Below, one piece after another: positions 10,429 to 20,654 of a DNA stretch of 64,000 nucleotides. Every line of letters begins with the position of its first letter. Position 1 is the stretch's first letter. The notes under the pieces are model-generated. The model was not told the DNA's origin and ran no database searches. It worked only from the letters and a program-made list of their open reading frames with translations. Made by a program: the position numbers and the translations under genes. Location: the IMG/VR virus record IMGVR_UViG_3300031616_000003, positions 7,080-71,079 of that record; one strand, given 5' to 3'. The stretch is from a virus.

Positions 10429-11088
10429 TCAGGCGGCCTGGTCGATGCCCATGTCGTCCAGGAGCGCGAGCCAGCCCGGTCCGCCGAAGATCCACTCGGC
10501 GTCCGTGCCGGTGGAGCTGTCCTCTTCAGCACGGAACGTGATGTTGTAGGTCACCGGGTCGTCACCGTCAGACATGTTCTGCTCGCCGCGCTCGGTGATC
10601 TTGGCGTACGGGTAGTAACGACCCATGTAGATCTCGCCCTCTTCGATCTCATCGACGAAGAGCCCCAGAACCCGGTAGTGGTAGTTGGCCGCGATGTTCG
10701 GCTTGGCGATCCGCACCTCGCCGGTAACCGCGGCGGCCTCGATCCCCGTCGTATCGACGCCGATGTATAGTCCCAGCGTGAGGAGCTTGGTCTCCTGCGC
10801 GGTGACCGTCATTGACAGCACGTCGGAGGTCTGGTCGGAGCGGGTCGGCTGCTGCGAACCGAACGAGGTGACCTCGCTCTGTGCGGTCTCACGGCCGTAT
10901 CCGACACCGTCCTTGGTGACCCACCCGAGGTCCTCCCAGCCGGTCGGCAGGGCAACCAGAGCCGCCGAGGCGCCGCTGGTCAGAGAGGCCAGGTTGACCA
11001 CGGAGGGTGGCGCGATGAAGACACTGCCCGTGAGCGACTTGCGGATGAGCTGGTTCTTCTTGTCCGCCAGGTCGGCGTAATTCGGCAT
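10429..11088 (-). CDS. Major tail protein
   Basis: WEDLGWVTKDG motif, size and synteny. Confidence 0.9.
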   Translation of the reverse strand: MPNYADLADKKNQLIRKSLTGSVFIAPPSVVNLASLTSGASAALVALPTGWEDLGWVTKDGVGYGRETAQSEVTSFGSQQPTRSDQTSDVLSMTVTAQETKLLTLGLYIGVDTTGIEAAAVTGEVRIAKPNIAANYHYRVLGLFVDEIEEGEIYMGRYYPYAKITERGEQNMSDGDDPVTYNITFRAEEDSSTGTDAEWIFGGPGWLALLDDMGIDQAA

Positions 11089-11158
11089 GCCCGGGTCCTT
11101 TCATGGTCGAGGCATCAGGTGAGCCCCGACGCAGCGGGGCGGGCGGTGGGTGGGCTGC

Positions 11159-11545
11159 TCACGCCACGCGGTGGCGGCGGGAGACGATGGTGAAGCGGGA
11201 CTCGAACCGGAAGATCCCGGGAGCCCAGGGCGCGATCTCCTGCGGCGCCTGGTCGACCATCACCCGGTCGATCACGACGGGGCCCAGCCGCAGCGCCGGC
11301 TGCAGGTACCCGGCGATGTCCTCGGCCAGGGCGAAACCCCGGTCGTAGTCGTCATCGAGCACATCGACGTTGATCCGGGCGAAGTCGTTGAGCCGGTCAC
11401 GCGGCCCGCCGGAACGGGTGGCCCGGGCGAACGGCAGCAGGCCGGTCAGGTCGGCCGGGGTGGCGATGCCGACCCGCTCCGGCGCGTTGACCGCGGCGAG
11501 CAGGTGCGCCACGACGGTGGCCATGTCGGCGAAGCGTTCAGTCAC
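11159..11545 (-). CDS. Tail terminator
   Basis: RSGGP and INVDV motifs; directly upstream of major tail. Confidence 0.75.
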   Translation of the reverse strand: MTERFADMATVVAHLLAAVNAPERVGIATPADLTGLLPFARATRSGGPRDRLNDFARINVDVLDDDYDRGFALAEDIAGYLQPALRLGPVVIDRVMVDQAPQEIAPWAPGIFRFESRFTIVSRRHRVA

Positions 11546-11930
11546 GGGCCACCGTCTCGATCCACTCCAGCGTCCGGCGCATGACCCGGTAGTCGGGGGT
11601 GTGCTGGCCGCCGACCTCGACGAGGATCGCGTGCTCGGAGATGTTGGCGATGTCGCCGGCCCACCGGGCCATCGGCTCGCCCCGCTGGCGGAACGGGATG
11701 TCCGGCACCACGTGCACCTTCGAGCGGAAGCTGGCCTGGTACTCGGAGGAGTCGTTGGGCGCGATCAGCTCCGCGAACATCAGCGCGTGCTCGGTAATCT
11801 GGCTGATCGCGTGGTGCAGCTCCGGGCCGACCGCGCAGCGCGCAATGCTGACCTTGTTGGGCTCGTAGCCGGTGAAGCTGACGACCCGGCCGTGGTACGG
11901 CCCGGCGCCGGGATAGAACCTGCCAGGCAC
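11538..11930 (-). CDS. Neck/tail completion protein (HK97 gp10-like)
   Basis: GTG 11930 with GGAGG RBS; IAP..S..Y..SF and HAILVEVG motifs. Confidence 0.7.
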   Translation of the reverse strand: MPGRFYPGAGPYHGRVVSFTGYEPNKVSIARCAVGPELHHAISQITEHALMFAELIAPNDSSEYQASFRSKVHVVPDIPFRQRGEPMARWAGDIANISEHAILVEVGGQHTPDYRVMRRTLEWIETVARD

Positions 11931-11944
11931 GTCGACCTCCTGCG

Positions 11945-12337
11945 CTACGGGGACTCGGCGCGTCGGCAGGCGAAGAACGGCGGGACGTACAGGTGCCCCG
12001 GGTAACCGATCTTCATCCGCCCCGCGTTGTGCAGGGCGATGAACGCGTCGCGCTGCTCCGAGGACAGGTGCGGGTAGTAGAACTTGGCGTTCTGGACGGC
12101 CTCGTGCTCCCCGATGTAGGCCTTGTAGGTCTTGTCGGTGGGGCCGAGGTACCAGCCGGCCTCGAGCAACTCCATGAACCGGTCCGGGTGCAGGGAGCCG
12201 CAGAACGAGCAGGCCGGACCGGGCGCCTTGCCGCCGGCCAGGCTGCGCCCGGCGGTCCAGCTGTCCAGCCCTTCGGCGTGCTCCCACGGGCTGAACTCGG
12301 CGAGCCGTCGCGGGCAGGTCTGTGTCGGGTCGGGCAC
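11945..12337 (-). CDS. Hypothetical protein (CSFCGSLHP motif)
   Basis: GTG 12337 with AGGAG RBS; inserted among neck genes. Confidence 0.75.
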   Translation of the reverse strand: MPDPTQTCPRRLAEFSPWEHAEGLDSWTAGRSLAGGKAPGPACSFCGSLHPDRFMELLEAGWYLGPTDKTYKAYIGEHEAVQNAKFYYPHLSSEQRDAFIALHNAGRMKIGYPGHLYVPPFFACRRAESP

Positions 12338-12345
12338 GGCATCTC

Positions 12346-12666
12346 CTATCCGGTGACCAGGCGCAGCGGGATCTCGAACCCCTCGTTGAGCCACAGCCGG
12401 GGCTTCTCGATCACGTCGTAGACGTCACCGCGGACCACCACCTGGTCCCGCGCGGTGAGCCCCGGGGCCTCGGGCGGCGCGAACAGGGTGCCGTCGGCCT
12501 GGACCTGGTTGGCGTGGACCTCGTTCTCACGCCCGGCTCCGGGCGCGAACAGGCAGTCCTCGACCACCACGTCGCTGCCGGATCCGGGGATCGGGTGCTG
12601 GAAGTTGTCCAGCCGCGCCGGATACCGGAAGATCACCGTCTCGGCGTTGCTGGACCCGAACGCCAT
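12346..12666 (-). CDS. Head-to-tail stopper
   Basis: CLFAP and DQVVVRGDVYDV motifs, ends in LVTG; synteny. Confidence 0.8.
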   Translation of the reverse strand: MAFGSSNAETVIFRYPARLDNFQHPIPGSGSDVVVEDCLFAPGAGRENEVHANQVQADGTLFAPPEAPGLTARDQVVVRGDVYDVIEKPRLWLNEGFEIPLRLVTG

Positions 12667-13373
12667 CAGTGACCGCCGGGCCCGAAGTACGGTCCATGAC
12701 TCCAGCCGCGCCGGTGCGTGGACGGCACGAAGCCGCCGGTGACCCGCGCCGTGCCGATCTTGCCGCGCGCGCCGCGGCTGGTGTCGACCGGCGGGAGCAG
12801 CAGCCCGGCGTCAGCCGAGATGATCTGCAACATGCCGCTGGCCGCGTCCGGGTCGTAGGCCCGGGAGAACGGGCCGGTGGTCTCGGAGCGCAGACCGCCC
12901 GGGTTGCGCATCACCCGGGCGACCATGTTCAGCACGGCCAGCCCGGCGCTGTCGCCCGGCACCGTGCCGGCCACGATCCGTTCGTCGATGCCCGGGTAGC
13001 TGTCACGCACCAGCTGGCTGGCCCGCTTTAGCAGTGCACGGGCGGTCGACGCCCGCGCCGCCGAGAGGTTGCCGTACAGCTCGGTGTACTCGCCGAGGGT
13101 GGCCAGCGGGGGCACCGCGCTGATCGGGTCGAACCGCTCGAAGTAGCTTTCCTTGCTGGTGGCGGTGCCGGAGGCGCTGAACACGGCCTCGTACACGCCG
13201 GCCAGCGAACCGACCAGCGTGATCGGGTACAGCCCACTGGCCGAGGGCGTCTCCGGCACCGGGACATCGGACTGCAGGACCGCCCCGGTCGGGGTGTGGA
13301 TCCAGCTCATCACCACGTCCGCGCCGGTGGCGGTGGTGTAGGTCAGTTCGATGGCGTCGCCGACATCGCTCAC
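12666..13373 (-). CDS. Head-to-tail adaptor with extra N-terminal beta domain
   Basis: RVMRNPGGLRSETTGPFS motif typical of actinophage adaptors. Confidence 0.85.
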   Translation of the reverse strand: MSDVGDAIELTYTTATGADVVMSWIHTPTGAVLQSDVPVPETPSASGLYPITLVGSLAGVYEAVFSASGTATSKESYFERFDPISAVPPLATLGEYTELYGNLSAARASTARALLKRASQLVRDSYPGIDERIVAGTVPGDSAGLAVLNMVARVMRNPGGLRSETTGPFSRAYDPDAASGMLQIISADAGLLLPPVDTSRGARGKIGTARVTGGFVPSTHRRGWSHGPYFGPGGH

Positions 13374-16369
13374 GTCGACCTCCTGATGCCGAGCACGGCG
13401 TTGTCGGTGCGAGAGATCCCGCCGAGGATCCGGGCGATCGTGATGGAGCCGACCGGTCGGCGGATGGTGATGACGTGCGCAGCTGCCACCGCCGGTGGCA
13501 GCCGGATCCCACCGGCGGTGAGCCCGCCCAGGGCCGACAGCGTCGCCGTTGCGGTGCTGTGTCCGGCCGCGCCGGCCACCACCGTGGCGACCGCGCTGAA
13601 CAGGGCCGCGATTTGCAGCTGCCGGGTCGGCGCGGCGAACAGCGACGTGCCGGCCGACAGGGCCACCGTGGCGTTCTGCACCGGCAGCGCCTGCAGTTGC
13701 GATGCCGCTGACAGCAGTACCGTGGCGACCCGCTCGCGGTCGCCGGCCGCACTGACCGAGGCCAGCGCACTCAGCGCGACGAACGCGGTCTCCCCGGTCA
13801 CCGCTGCGGCGGTCATGCCGGAGGAGGCGCTCAGGTCAGCCGCCCCGGGATGCACCCGCCGCCCCGTGGCACTCAGAGCCGAGGCGGCCGTGAGGTGCGC
13901 CACCGACTGCAGCGTGCGGAAGGCTCCCGCCGCCAGGCCGGAAGCGGCGCTGAGCGTGACGCCCTGCGCCGCGCCGGCCTGGCCGGTCGCCGATAGCTCG
14001 GATGCGGCGGACAGGTCCGCTGCCGCCACCGCAGCCGGCACACCGGCCGCGGTGAGCCCGGTGTCGGCTGCCAGCGTGACACTGGCGAGTCCTGCCACCA
14101 GGGCGTTCACGGTCAGCCCGGAAGCGGCCGCAAGTGCTGCCGTACCGGATCCGGTACCGATCGCTTCCGCGGTCAGTCCCGATGCTGCGGACAGTCCCGC
14201 CGTGCCGTACGCGAGGTACAGCGCTTCCACGCTGAGCCCGCCCGATGCCGCCAGCACCACACTGGCGGAGCCGGTGGCATCGGGAGTGGCGGACAGGTCG
14301 GTAGCAGCCGCCAGCGCGACAGCGGCCAGCGCGATGGTGACGCCGCCGCCGGTCAGCCCGGAAGCGGCGTCGAGCGTCACGCCGGCGACGGCGATCGCAA
14401 TGGCCCCGGCGTCCAGCCCGGAAGTAGCACTCAGCGCGGCCGCGCCGGCGCCGGTGGCCAGCGCGGTGACGCCGAGCCCGGACGCGGCGGACAGGTTGAT
14501 GCTCTGACCGGAGATGGCCTGAGCGGCCGCGACCAGCTCGGAGGCCGTGGTCAGGTCGACGGCCAGGGGCTGCACCCGGGCCGCTGCGGCCGCCAGGTCG
14601 GTGGTCGCCGACAGGTCGGCTGTGCCCGGCTGGGTCACTACACCGGTCGCCGACAGCAAGCTGGCGGCGGACATGGCCGCCGAGGAGAACCCGGTGGCCA
14701 GCGCCGCGGCCGAAAGCGAACTGTCGGCGGCCAGCGCGACAGCGGCCGGCCGGATCAGGATGGCCGCCGCGTTCAGGTCCGATGCGGCGCTCAAGGCGGT
14801 CGCGCCGACCGCGGTGGCACCCGACAGCGCCGACAGCGCCGAGGCTGCCGACAGACTCGCCAAGGCGAGGCCCGTCGCCAGCGCTGTGCTGCCGAGCCCG
14901 GAAGCGGCGGACAGGGCAACCCCGGCCATGCCAGTAACCACGCCGGCGACGCCCAGGCCGGATGCTGCACTGAGGGCGGCACTGGAAACCGCGGTGGCCA
15001 GAGCCGTGCTGCTGAGTCCTGAGGCCGCGCTCAGCGTCGCCGCGCCGTCGGTGGTCCGCACCGCCGCGGCGGTCAGCCCGGTGGCGGCCGACAGGTCGGC
15101 GGCGCCCAAGGCGATGGTGGTGCCGGTGGCAGCCAGTTCCGAGGCCGCGCTGAGCGCCGCCGCGACGTACGCCGTGACAGCGCCCGTGGCGCTGAGGCCT
15201 GATGCAGCCGACAGCGCGGCCGCTCCCGGTCGGATCGGCACCCCGGCAACGCTGAGGTCTGTCGCCGCGCTCAGGGTGGCGCTGGCGACGCCGGTGGCCA
15301 GGGCTCCGGCCGTCATTCCGGACGCGGCCGACAGGCCGGCGGTTGCGACTCCCGTGGCCAGTCCGGTCGCGCTCAGCCCAGAGGCGGCTGACAGGTCGGT
15401 CGCGCTGACCGCAGTGAGCAAGCCGGTGGCGCCGAGGCCTGTGGCGGCCGACAAACCTGCCGCCGCCACGCCGGTGGCGATGGCCGCCGCCGACAGGCCG
15501 CTGGCAGCGCTCATCGCCACCGCGCCCGTGCCGGTCGCCACAGCGGCAGCGGTCAGCCCCGAAGCACCCGACAGCGCTACCGCACCCAGGTTGGTCTGCA
15601 CCGCGGCCGCGGCCAGCCCGGTGGCCGCGCTCAGCGAGGCCGCTCCCGGCTGGATCTGGGTCGCCCCGGCGCTCAGCCCGGTAGCGGCGGACAGCGAAGC
15701 GCTACCCGTGGGCGCCGGCCCGGGCAGGCCGACGTCGGTCATGACGATGTCGTCGAAGTAGAAGTCGGCCAGCGAGGCGGTCGCCGTGAACTGGCCGATG
15801 CCGATCTCGTTGACCGCGCCGGTGGTGGCGAACACACCATTGCCGACGATCGTTTCCAGTGGGCTCGTCGAGTCGCCCAGGTACAGGTAGATCGTGTTGC
15901 TGAGCGTGCCCGCCTGGATGTCCCACTCGACCCGGTAGGTGGTGTTCGCCGCCAGCGTCGTGGTGCCGGTGCCGCCGCTCGTGGCCGGCGCCGAGTTGTT
16001 GCCCTGGCGTAGCTCGAGGCCGGCGCCGTTGGCATACCGCAGCCGTGCCACCTGTGTGGTGGCACGGCGCCACCGGATCAGCTCACGGTCCTGGCTGGTG
16101 CTGGTCAGCTGGAAGTACATCCGGCCGTAGACCCGGGTCGGCGAGCCGACGACGGTGGAGTCCCAGACGGTGAACACCTGGGCCGCGGTGCCGCCGGTGG
16201 ACAGCCGGTAGCCCAGCAGGCCGTGCTCGGCCGCGGTCGTGGAGTAGGTCAGCGCCCCGGTGGTGCCGATCGTCACCGACACCCAGGCGTCGCCGGAGGT
16301 GCCGCCGCTGTTGCCGGTGGTGACGGTGCTCGCGTTGGTGCCGCCCTCGGCGGAGTTCACGAGCCGCAC
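13370..16369 (-). CDS. Large virion-associated protein: N-terminal beta-sandwich plus roughly 30 Ala/Ser/Gly/Thr-rich 22-aa repeats
   Basis: 999 aa; repeated LSAASGL motif. Confidence 0.85.
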   Translation of the reverse strand: MRLVNSAEGGTNASTVTTGNSGGTSGDAWVSVTIGTTGALTYSTTAAEHGLLGYRLSTGGTAAQVFTVWDSTVVGSPTRVYGRMYFQLTSTSQDRELIRWRRATTQVARLRYANGAGLELRQGNNSAPATSGGTGTTTLAANTTYRVEWDIQAGTLSNTIYLYLGDSTSPLETIVGNGVFATTGAVNEIGIGQFTATASLADFYFDDIVMTDVGLPGPAPTGSASLSAATGLSAGATQIQPGAASLSAATGLAAAAVQTNLGAVALSGASGLTAAAVATGTGAVAMSAASGLSAAAIATGVAAAGLSAATGLGATGLLTAVSATDLSAASGLSATGLATGVATAGLSAASGMTAGALATGVASATLSAATDLSVAGVPIRPGAAALSAASGLSATGAVTAYVAAALSAASELAATGTTIALGAADLSAATGLTAAAVRTTDGAATLSAASGLSSTALATAVSSAALSAASGLGVAGVVTGMAGVALSAASGLGSTALATGLALASLSAASALSALSGATAVGATALSAASDLNAAAILIRPAAVALAADSSLSAAALATGFSSAAMSAASLLSATGVVTQPGTADLSATTDLAAAAARVQPLAVDLTTASELVAAAQAISGQSINLSAASGLGVTALATGAGAAALSATSGLDAGAIAIAVAGVTLDAASGLTGGGVTIALAAVALAAATDLSATPDATGSASVVLAASGGLSVEALYLAYGTAGLSAASGLTAEAIGTGSGTAALAAASGLTVNALVAGLASVTLAADTGLTAAGVPAAVAAADLSAASELSATGQAGAAQGVTLSAASGLAAGAFRTLQSVAHLTAASALSATGRRVHPGAADLSASSGMTAAAVTGETAFVALSALASVSAAGDRERVATVLLSAASQLQALPVQNATVALSAGTSLFAAPTRQLQIAALFSAVATVVAGAAGHSTATATLSALGGLTAGGIRLPPAVAAAHVITIRRPVGSITIARILGGISRTDNAVLGIRRST

Positions 16370-16414
16370 GGCGGCCCCCCTTCAGCTCGAGAGACCGCCG
16401 TACGCCGGGATCGA

Positions 16415-16801
16415 CTACGCCAGCGTCACGGTGACGCTGGACGCGGCGAAGCTGAGCGAGTCGCCGGACGCCACCGTCTTGCTGGCGGTCAGCGCCCCGG
16501 CCCACGCGCGCCGCGGGGTGCCGTTGGAGTCGTAGATGTCCACGCCGGTCACCGTGGCCGCCGGCATGGCGGTGAAGGTGATGGCACCAGAGTTGGCGGC
16601 CGACCCGGCGCTGGCCGCGCCGAAGGCGATGGTCTGCCGGGCGTACGAGCCGCCGGTGACCTCGGTGCCGGCGGTGCCGGCGGTGCCGGTCGCGGTGGCC
16701 AGCGCCAGCTTCATGGCGCCAGTCGGCGCGGTGTATGTGGCGGTGCCCAGCGAGGCGTCCAGCAGCCGGTTCGCCTCGGCGGTCACGATGTTGTTGGCCA
16801 T
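16415..16801 (-). CDS. Small virion/fibre-associated protein
   Basis: GTEVTGGSYARQ motif common in phage structural regions. Confidence 0.8.
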   Translation of the reverse strand: MANNIVTAEANRLLDASLGTATYTAPTGAMKLALATATGTAGTAGTEVTGGSYARQTIAFGAASAGSAANSGAITFTAMPAATVTGVDIYDSNGTPRRAWAGALTASKTVASGDSLSFAASSVTVTLA

Positions 16802-16807
16802 GGAGGA

Positions 16808-17101
16808 TCAGCCCTTCTGCTCGTCGCCGGCCGTGACCGGCTCGTCGGCCGGTGCCGTCCAGCCGGGCTTGTCGGCCTCCGGGCCGGTGGTGACCAGGTG
16901 GGCGCGCAGCGCGTCACCCTTCGGGTTCTTCTTGACGCCACCGACGTCGGCAAGCTGGGCCTTGCAGACCTCGCAGTCGCCCGCGATCACGTGGCAATCC
17001 ATGTGCCAAGTGATCAATGCGCCGTCGCCGCTGGCGATGACGTGCCGCGGGTGGTCGTCGCTCTGAGCGCACCCGATGCAGGTACGCACGGGATTCGACA
17101 T
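16808..17101 (-). CDS. Hypothetical Cys/His-rich protein
   Basis: CxxC-DDHPRH-HMDC-CxxC. Confidence 0.75.
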   Translation of the reverse strand: MSNPVRTCIGCAQSDDHPRHVIASGDGALITWHMDCHVIAGDCEVCKAQLADVGGVKKNPKGDALRAHLVTTGPEADKPGWTAPADEPVTAGDEQKG

Positions 17102-17191
17102 CTCGTCCTCGTTTCGTGTGGATCGGGTGCGGGGCAAGGGGGATCCGCGCCCCGGCGGCGGGGAAGGCTGCCGGGGCGCAAGATCGATGGG

Positions 17192-17707
17192 TTACTGGAT
17201 GCGGCCGTCGTCCTTGAGCCGGGCGATGATGTCGCCGCGGTCCGCGGCGGACGCCACGTCGACACCCAGCTGGGCGGCGTACGCGCGCCAGGCGGCCTCG
17301 GTCGCCCCCCTGCCGGAACGCGGCGGCTCCGGCAGGACCGGAGCGGCCGCCCCCTCGTCGGTGATGACCGGCTCCGGATCGGGTAGTGGCAGGCCGTTGA
17401 CCGTGCCCTGAGCGGCCGGAACGACCGCACTGGAGGCGGTGTCGGCCAGCTGCTCCGTCAGGTTCGGGATGCCGTTGGTGCCCGGCTCACTCGGGATCAC
17501 CGGCTGGCCGGTGTTCATGACATCCACCGACGGCGTGCGCCGGCCCTCGGGGCCCCACGGGTTGGCGTCGGCCTCGACGGGTGCCCAGCACTTCGGGTTC
17601 CGGATGAGGGCGGCGACCTCCGGGGGAGGTACGTCGCCCTCGTTCCAGACCACGCCGTCGAGGATCACCAGCCGCGTCAGGGCGCGGGGCTTCTCCTCGG
17701 CGGTCAC
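17192..17707 (-). CDS. Hypothetical capsid-associated protein
   Basis: GTGA overlap with capsid stop; C-terminal PPRSGRG..W..YA motif. Confidence 0.75.
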   Translation of the reverse strand: MTAEEKPRALTRLVILDGVVWNEGDVPPPEVAALIRNPKCWAPVEADANPWGPEGRRTPSVDVMNTGQPVIPSEPGTNGIPNLTEQLADTASSAVVPAAQGTVNGLPLPDPEPVITDEGAAAPVLPEPPRSGRGATEAAWRAYAAQLGVDVASAADRGDIIARLKDDGRIQ

Positions 17708-18741
17708 CAGAGGGTGGCCGTCAGGAGCTTGAGGTTGTCGGCCAGCACGGGCATGCCGATCGCCGTGACCTTGGTCCAGGTGCGGACCGGGTCGCCCTCC
17801 TTGGTCACCATGCCGACCAGGCCGGGAGCCTGGGCGAAGGTGAGCTGCGGGTTGTTGAGCCCGACCAGCTCCAGCGCCTCCGCCGTGACGCCCCAGTAGG
17901 TGTTGCCCAAGGCGGTGGCGGTCTGCGGCAGGAAGATCATCTTGTTGGCGGGGATGATCCGGGTGGCCGTGTTGTTCACGTACACCTGCGAGTCGTACTG
18001 CACCAGCTGCGGCAGGTCCTCGCTGTCCAGCACCGCGGCCAGCTGCGACCGGGTGATGACCGACGGGGTACCGCCCAGGGTGGCGTAGCGCGAGCGCACC
18101 TTCTCGTTGCGCAGCATGTGCCCGATCGCCTGGCGCGAGGTCAGCGCGTAGGCGGGGGCCTCGCCGGCGTCGTCGACGTACAGGTCGACCCAGTCGCGCA
18201 TCTGGTCGAGCGGGTCGGCGTCGACGTGGTCGGTCCACGGGTCCGGCGCGGTCGGCATGTGGCTCGACGGCACACCGAAGTCCGCCTCGATGCCCTTGAG
18301 ACCGTTTTCGCCGGCGAAGGTGAACTTGCCGGTGGTCAGGACCTGGCCGCGGGCCAGCTCCATGCGGGCCAGGACCGCCTCGGTGTTGATCCGGGCGTCG
18401 TTGTAGAGCGCCTGGATCAGGCTGGCGGTGTTGTCGCCGCCCGAACGCAGCATCTCCAGGCGCAGGCGCTCCTCCTCGCCGACCAGGGTCTTCTGACCCA
18501 GGGGCGGCAGGCTGACGCGCGAACGCTGGAAGTTGTCACGCTCGCCGATGGGCGTTTCGGCGTCGTACGCCCGGAACATGGCCGCGCGGTTGCGCTTGAA
18601 GGCCGTCGTGAAGGCGGCCTCGATGTCGGAGATGTTCTGGTCCGGCAGGAAGGTGCTGAGCGTGTAGTTCGCCGGGACCGGCAGCTCACGCACGAATCCG
18701 GTCAGGACGCCGGGCTCGATGAGATCGAAATTCAGTGCCAT
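17704..18741 (-). CDS. Major capsid protein (lambda gpE-like)
   Basis: 345 aa; LPPLG, DFGVP and MPVL motifs; follows decoration and scaffold genes. Confidence 0.92.
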   Translation of the reverse strand: MALNFDLIEPGVLTGFVRELPVPANYTLSTFLPDQNISDIEAAFTTAFKRNRAAMFRAYDAETPIGERDNFQRSRVSLPPLGQKTLVGEEERLRLEMLRSGGDNTASLIQALYNDARINTEAVLARMELARGQVLTTGKFTFAGENGLKGIEADFGVPSSHMPTAPDPWTDHVDADPLDQMRDWVDLYVDDAGEAPAYALTSRQAIGHMLRNEKVRSRYATLGGTPSVITRSQLAAVLDSEDLPQLVQYDSQVYVNNTATRIIPANKMIFLPQTATALGNTYWGVTAEALELVGLNNPQLTFAQAPGLVGMVTKEGDPVRTWTKVTAIGMPVLADNLKLLTATLW

Positions 18742-18755
18742 CGTTACGCCTCCTC

Positions 18756-19178
18756 TCAGGCCAGGTAGACCAGGCGGCCGGCAACGTCGGCCTGACCGGC
18801 CGAGTCGACGCCGTGGTCAGCGGTGATGGCAGCCAGCTTCGAGAGCCGGACCGTGCCGTGGACGAGCAGCGCCGCGCCGATGTACAGGCCGGAGCCCGTC
18901 ACCGACTTGGTGCTGAAGAGGTGGCCGACCATGGTCTGGCGACCGTCGGTGGCGGCGTTGTCGTAGGGGCCGAACATGTCCTGGGTCGCGCCAGCCGAGG
19001 TGACCTTGCCGAGGGCAACGCCACCGGGGATCAGCTGGGAGCCGGTGTAGTAGGACAGCGCGCTGAACAGCGACTTGACGAGAGTGATCGTCTGCGTCGA
19101 GTCGGTGCCGTGCGCGGAGCCCAGCCAGCTGAAGTTCTCGGGCGACCAGGGCCCGTAGCTGCGGACGCTGAGGTCCAT
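18756..19178 (-). CDS. Head decoration protein
   Basis: SWLGSAHGTD and GPYD..ATDGRQ motifs. Confidence 0.85.
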   Translation of the reverse strand: MDLSVRSYGPWSPENFSWLGSAHGTDSTQTITLVKSLFSALSYYTGSQLIPGGVALGKVTSAGATQDMFGPYDNAATDGRQTMVGHLFSTKSVTGSGLYIGAALLVHGTVRLSKLAAITADHGVDSAGQADVAGRLVYLA

Positions 19179-19226
19179 GGGTTCTCCTTGAATGGGGTGG
19201 CGCGCGAGAGGCCTCGGCGCCGGCTG

Positions 19227-20258
19227 CTAGCGGTTTCCGCCGTTGGCGAGGAAGGCGCGCGCCTGCTGGCGCCCGGCCTCCAACTTGTCGAGCGGTGCCG
19301 ACGTCTGAGCGCCCTGACCGAGATCCGGCAGCTGACGCGGCAGGCCCGTGGCGGGCTGCGGCGGCTGCGCGGAGTACGGGACGCCGACGGGCAGAGCGCC
19401 CGGGGTGGCGGGGACAGCCGGAACCGTGACGGCGGTGGCTGCGGCCTGCGGGGCGACGGTGTCGACGAAGGCGAGCACCTTGGCGGCGTCCACCGTCAGG
19501 CCGTCGGCCCCGAGGAAGTGCTGGTGGTTCAAGTTCGAGGCGAGAGCCTCCACCTGGTGCGGCTGCAGGCGCTGCTGCAGGCCCGCGCGCACGTGCGCGT
19601 CGACGAGGACGACGGCGGCCCTGGCGGTCGCGGATCGTTCTCCCTCGGCACGAGCGGCCGTGATCGCCTTCTCCTGATCGGTGGCCTGGCTGGCGACGAG
19701 CTGGTCGTATTGCCCGGCCTTGGCCTTGACGGCGTCGTAGTCGTTGCGCTCCTTCGCGCGCGTCTCCCACTGCCGGGCGTGGTACTTCCAGTACGCCTCG
19801 CGCTGCTCGGCGTTCATCTGCTCCAGCGGGGTGCCCTGCGGGTAGCCGCGATCCGCGTCGGTTCCCGTGGCGGGATCCTGCGGGGGATTGACGGGCTGCT
19901 GCACGGCGGGCTGGGCCGGAACGGCGACAGCGGGCGGCTGGACAGGAGCGGGCGGGTTCAGTCCGGGCACCGTGACGGTGAGTCCGGGCAGAGTGGTCGT
20001 GGTGACCCCGGTCGACAGGGTGGCCGGCAGCTGCACCGGGAGTACCGGCTGCTGTCCGACAACCGCGGCCGCCGCTGGATCCTGCGGCGGTGCGGCCTGC
20101 ACGGCCTGAGTAACTGGGACCGGAGCGGCCTGCGCCGCCGGTGCCGGCTGCACAGCCGGTGTGCCGGGCTGGGTGATCTGGGCCGGCTGTGCCGGAGCGG
20201 CGGGCGGCGTGACGCCTCCCGTGGCGGTGATCAGGCCCGGGATGTGCGGCTGGGTCAT
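19227..20258 (-). CDS. Scaffolding protein
   Basis: P/A/Q-rich N-terminus; YWKYHARQWE motif. Confidence 0.85.
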   Translation of the reverse strand: MTQPHIPGLITATGGVTPPAAPAQPAQITQPGTPAVQPAPAAQAAPVPVTQAVQAAPPQDPAAAAVVGQQPVLPVQLPATLSTGVTTTTLPGLTVTVPGLNPPAPVQPPAVAVPAQPAVQQPVNPPQDPATGTDADRGYPQGTPLEQMNAEQREAYWKYHARQWETRAKERNDYDAVKAKAGQYDQLVASQATDQEKAITAARAEGERSATARAAVVLVDAHVRAGLQQRLQPHQVEALASNLNHQHFLGADGLTVDAAKVLAFVDTVAPQAAATAVTVPAVPATPGALPVGVPYSAQPPQPATGLPRQLPDLGQGAQTSAPLDKLEAGRQQARAFLANGGNR

Positions 20259-20405
20259 GGTGGTGACTCCCGTGTCGGGTTGATGGGTGTGGGCGCCCAT
20301 GGCGGGCATGAAAAAGCCCCCACCGCATCAGGTGAGGGAGGTCTTGGTGTCGCAGTCGACTGTTAGGCTGTTAGTTCGACAACCCCAGCTAGACAGGAGC
20401 AAGGC

Positions 20406-20654
20406 ATGGCAGTGAACAAGACCGACATCAGCGACTGGTTCGACCGCGGCACTGAGCGCGGCGCGACGCGCATGATCGTGGTCCGCGAGGGCGGTATCGA
20501 CCGCCCGGTATATGTCACCGGGGAACTCCAGGCCCAGTTCCAGCTGGCCTGGAACCGGTGCGCCGTCGGCCTCCAGGTGGTGGAGTGTTACGACCTGCAG
20601 GCCGACAAGGGCAGCCAGCTCGCCGAACAGCGCGCCTGGCATGTGCCGGCATGA
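20406..20654 (+). CDS. Hypothetical protein
   Basis: AGGAG RBS; first gene of an inverted cassette. Confidence 0.8.
   Translation: MAVNKTDISDWFDRGTERGATRMIVVREGGIDRPVYVTGELQAQFQLAWNRCAVGLQVVECYDLQADKGSQLAEQRAWHVPA

Noticed and set aside
13370-15720. Diversity-generating retroelement or DNA tandem repeat
   Set aside because: The repeat is at the protein level with diverged DNA, and there is no reverse transcriptase in the window.
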